Source: Prochlorococcus sp. AG-355-B18
GTDB taxonomy: Bacteria > Cyanobacteriota > Cyanobacteriia > PCC-6307 > Cyanobiaceae
DNA length: 64,000 nucleotides
Direction of reading: 5' to 3'
Assembly (NCBI GenBank): GCA_003280965.1
Contig: QCDI01000001.1
Coordinates: 1-64,000, forward strand
Below are positions 63,189 to 64,000 of this stretch, in pieces. The position numbers were made by a program, and so were the translations under genes. Below the pieces are notes generated by a model that was given only the letters and a program-made list of their open reading frames with translations, was not told the DNA's origin and did not search any database. The stretch's first letter is position 1, and every line of letters begins with the position of its first letter.

Positions 63189-64000
63189 TTATTTTGTCTC
63201 CATCCAATTGTCTCCAATACCAATATCAACTAAAAGAGGCACATTTAATTTTACACAATCTTCCATAGTCTTCTTTATTAATTTCGTCGTAATTTCTAAA
63301 GAATCTGGTTCAACTTCAAACAATAATTCATCATGTACTTGTAAAAGCATTTTTGCGGGAACATTCATTTCTATGAATTTCTTATTTAGTTGAACCATTG
63401 CAATTTTAATAATGTCTGCACTAGAACCCTGAATTGGTGCATTAGCTGCGGCTCTTAATGACTGTGCTTCCATGCCGGCCCTTCTTGCAGATTGCAGATC
63501 AATTTCGTAAGGATCTTTCCCAATTAATCTTCCAAGTCCATTTTTATCAAACTTAAATTCTCTTTTTCGACCAAAAATTGTTTCTACAAAACCTTTTGAT
63601 AAGGCAAGCCTTTCTTGGAGTTCAAGAAATTTGAAAATTTTTGAATATCTTTCTTTGTATTTTATCAGGAATTCTTTTGCCTCTGGAGTACTTACTCCTG
63701 TTGAACGGGCAAACTTTTTTATACCCATACCATAGATAACTCCAAAATTTATTGTTTTCCCAACTCTCCTTTCCTCGGATGATATTTCTTCTTTCTCAAA
63801 AATTAATCTTGCAGTCAAAGAATGAATGTCGTCATTTTTATGAAACGCATTAATTAGTATTTCTTCATCCGCTAAGTGAGCAAGTATTCTTAATTCGATC
63901 TGAGAATAATCAGCTGATAAAAGTTTCCAATTTTTTTCAGGCAAGAATGCTTTTCTGATTCTTCTACTAAATTCAGTCCTAACGGGGATATTTTGAAGAT
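63189..64000 (-). CDS. polA: DNA polymerase I, C-terminal part (5' truncated by window)
   Basis: ADYSQIELR, K.INFG..YG, NAPIQG, QVHDEL. Confidence 0.96.
   Translation of the reverse strand, partial: LQNIPVRTEFSRRIRKAFLPEKNWKLLSADYSQIELRILAHLADEEILINAFHKNDDIHSLTARLIFEKEEISSEERRVGKTINFGVIYGMGIKKFARSTGVSTPEAKEFLIKYKERYSKIFKFLELQERLALSKGFVETIFGRKREFKFDKNGLGRLIGKDPYEIDLQSARRAGMEAQSLRAAANAPIQGSSADIIKIAMVQLNKKFIEMNVPAKMLLQVHDELLFEVEPDSLEITTKLIKKTMEDCVKLNVPLLVDIGIGDNWMETK

Overview
AT-rich cyanobacterial chromosome segment. Gene content and order (psbDC, pcb/isiA-like antenna, isiB, futA, pntAB, Yfr2-type sRNA) point to a high-light Prochlorococcus. Bases 1-11.3 kb are the end of a cell-surface polysaccharide/LPS island (rfbACDB, glycosyltransferases, O-antigen ligase, ugd) bounded by tRNA-Arg(UCU). 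11.5-31.5 kb is core genome (rsmI, cysQ, pnp, rpsN, serS, yidC, rnpA, rpmH, aroH, sppA). 31.6-40.8 kb is an iron-stress neighbourhood: isiB, a triply inactivated pcb/isiA-like gene, a porin, a small secreted Cys peptide, a piuC-like dioxygenase and futA. Its promoters share a GTA-N8-TAC-like palindrome. A ~1.8 kb integrase-less element sits in tRNA-Ser(CGA). It is flanked by a tRNA 3'-end direct repeat and carries 20-bp-periodic repeats plus one secreted polysaccharide-lyase-like cargo gene, followed by a Yfr2-family sRNA. 43-64 kb is core genome again (cobQ, psbDC, ycf4, ilvH, petM, infA, NTRC, pntAB, dxr, cysS, polA). All calls were made by eye, without database searches.
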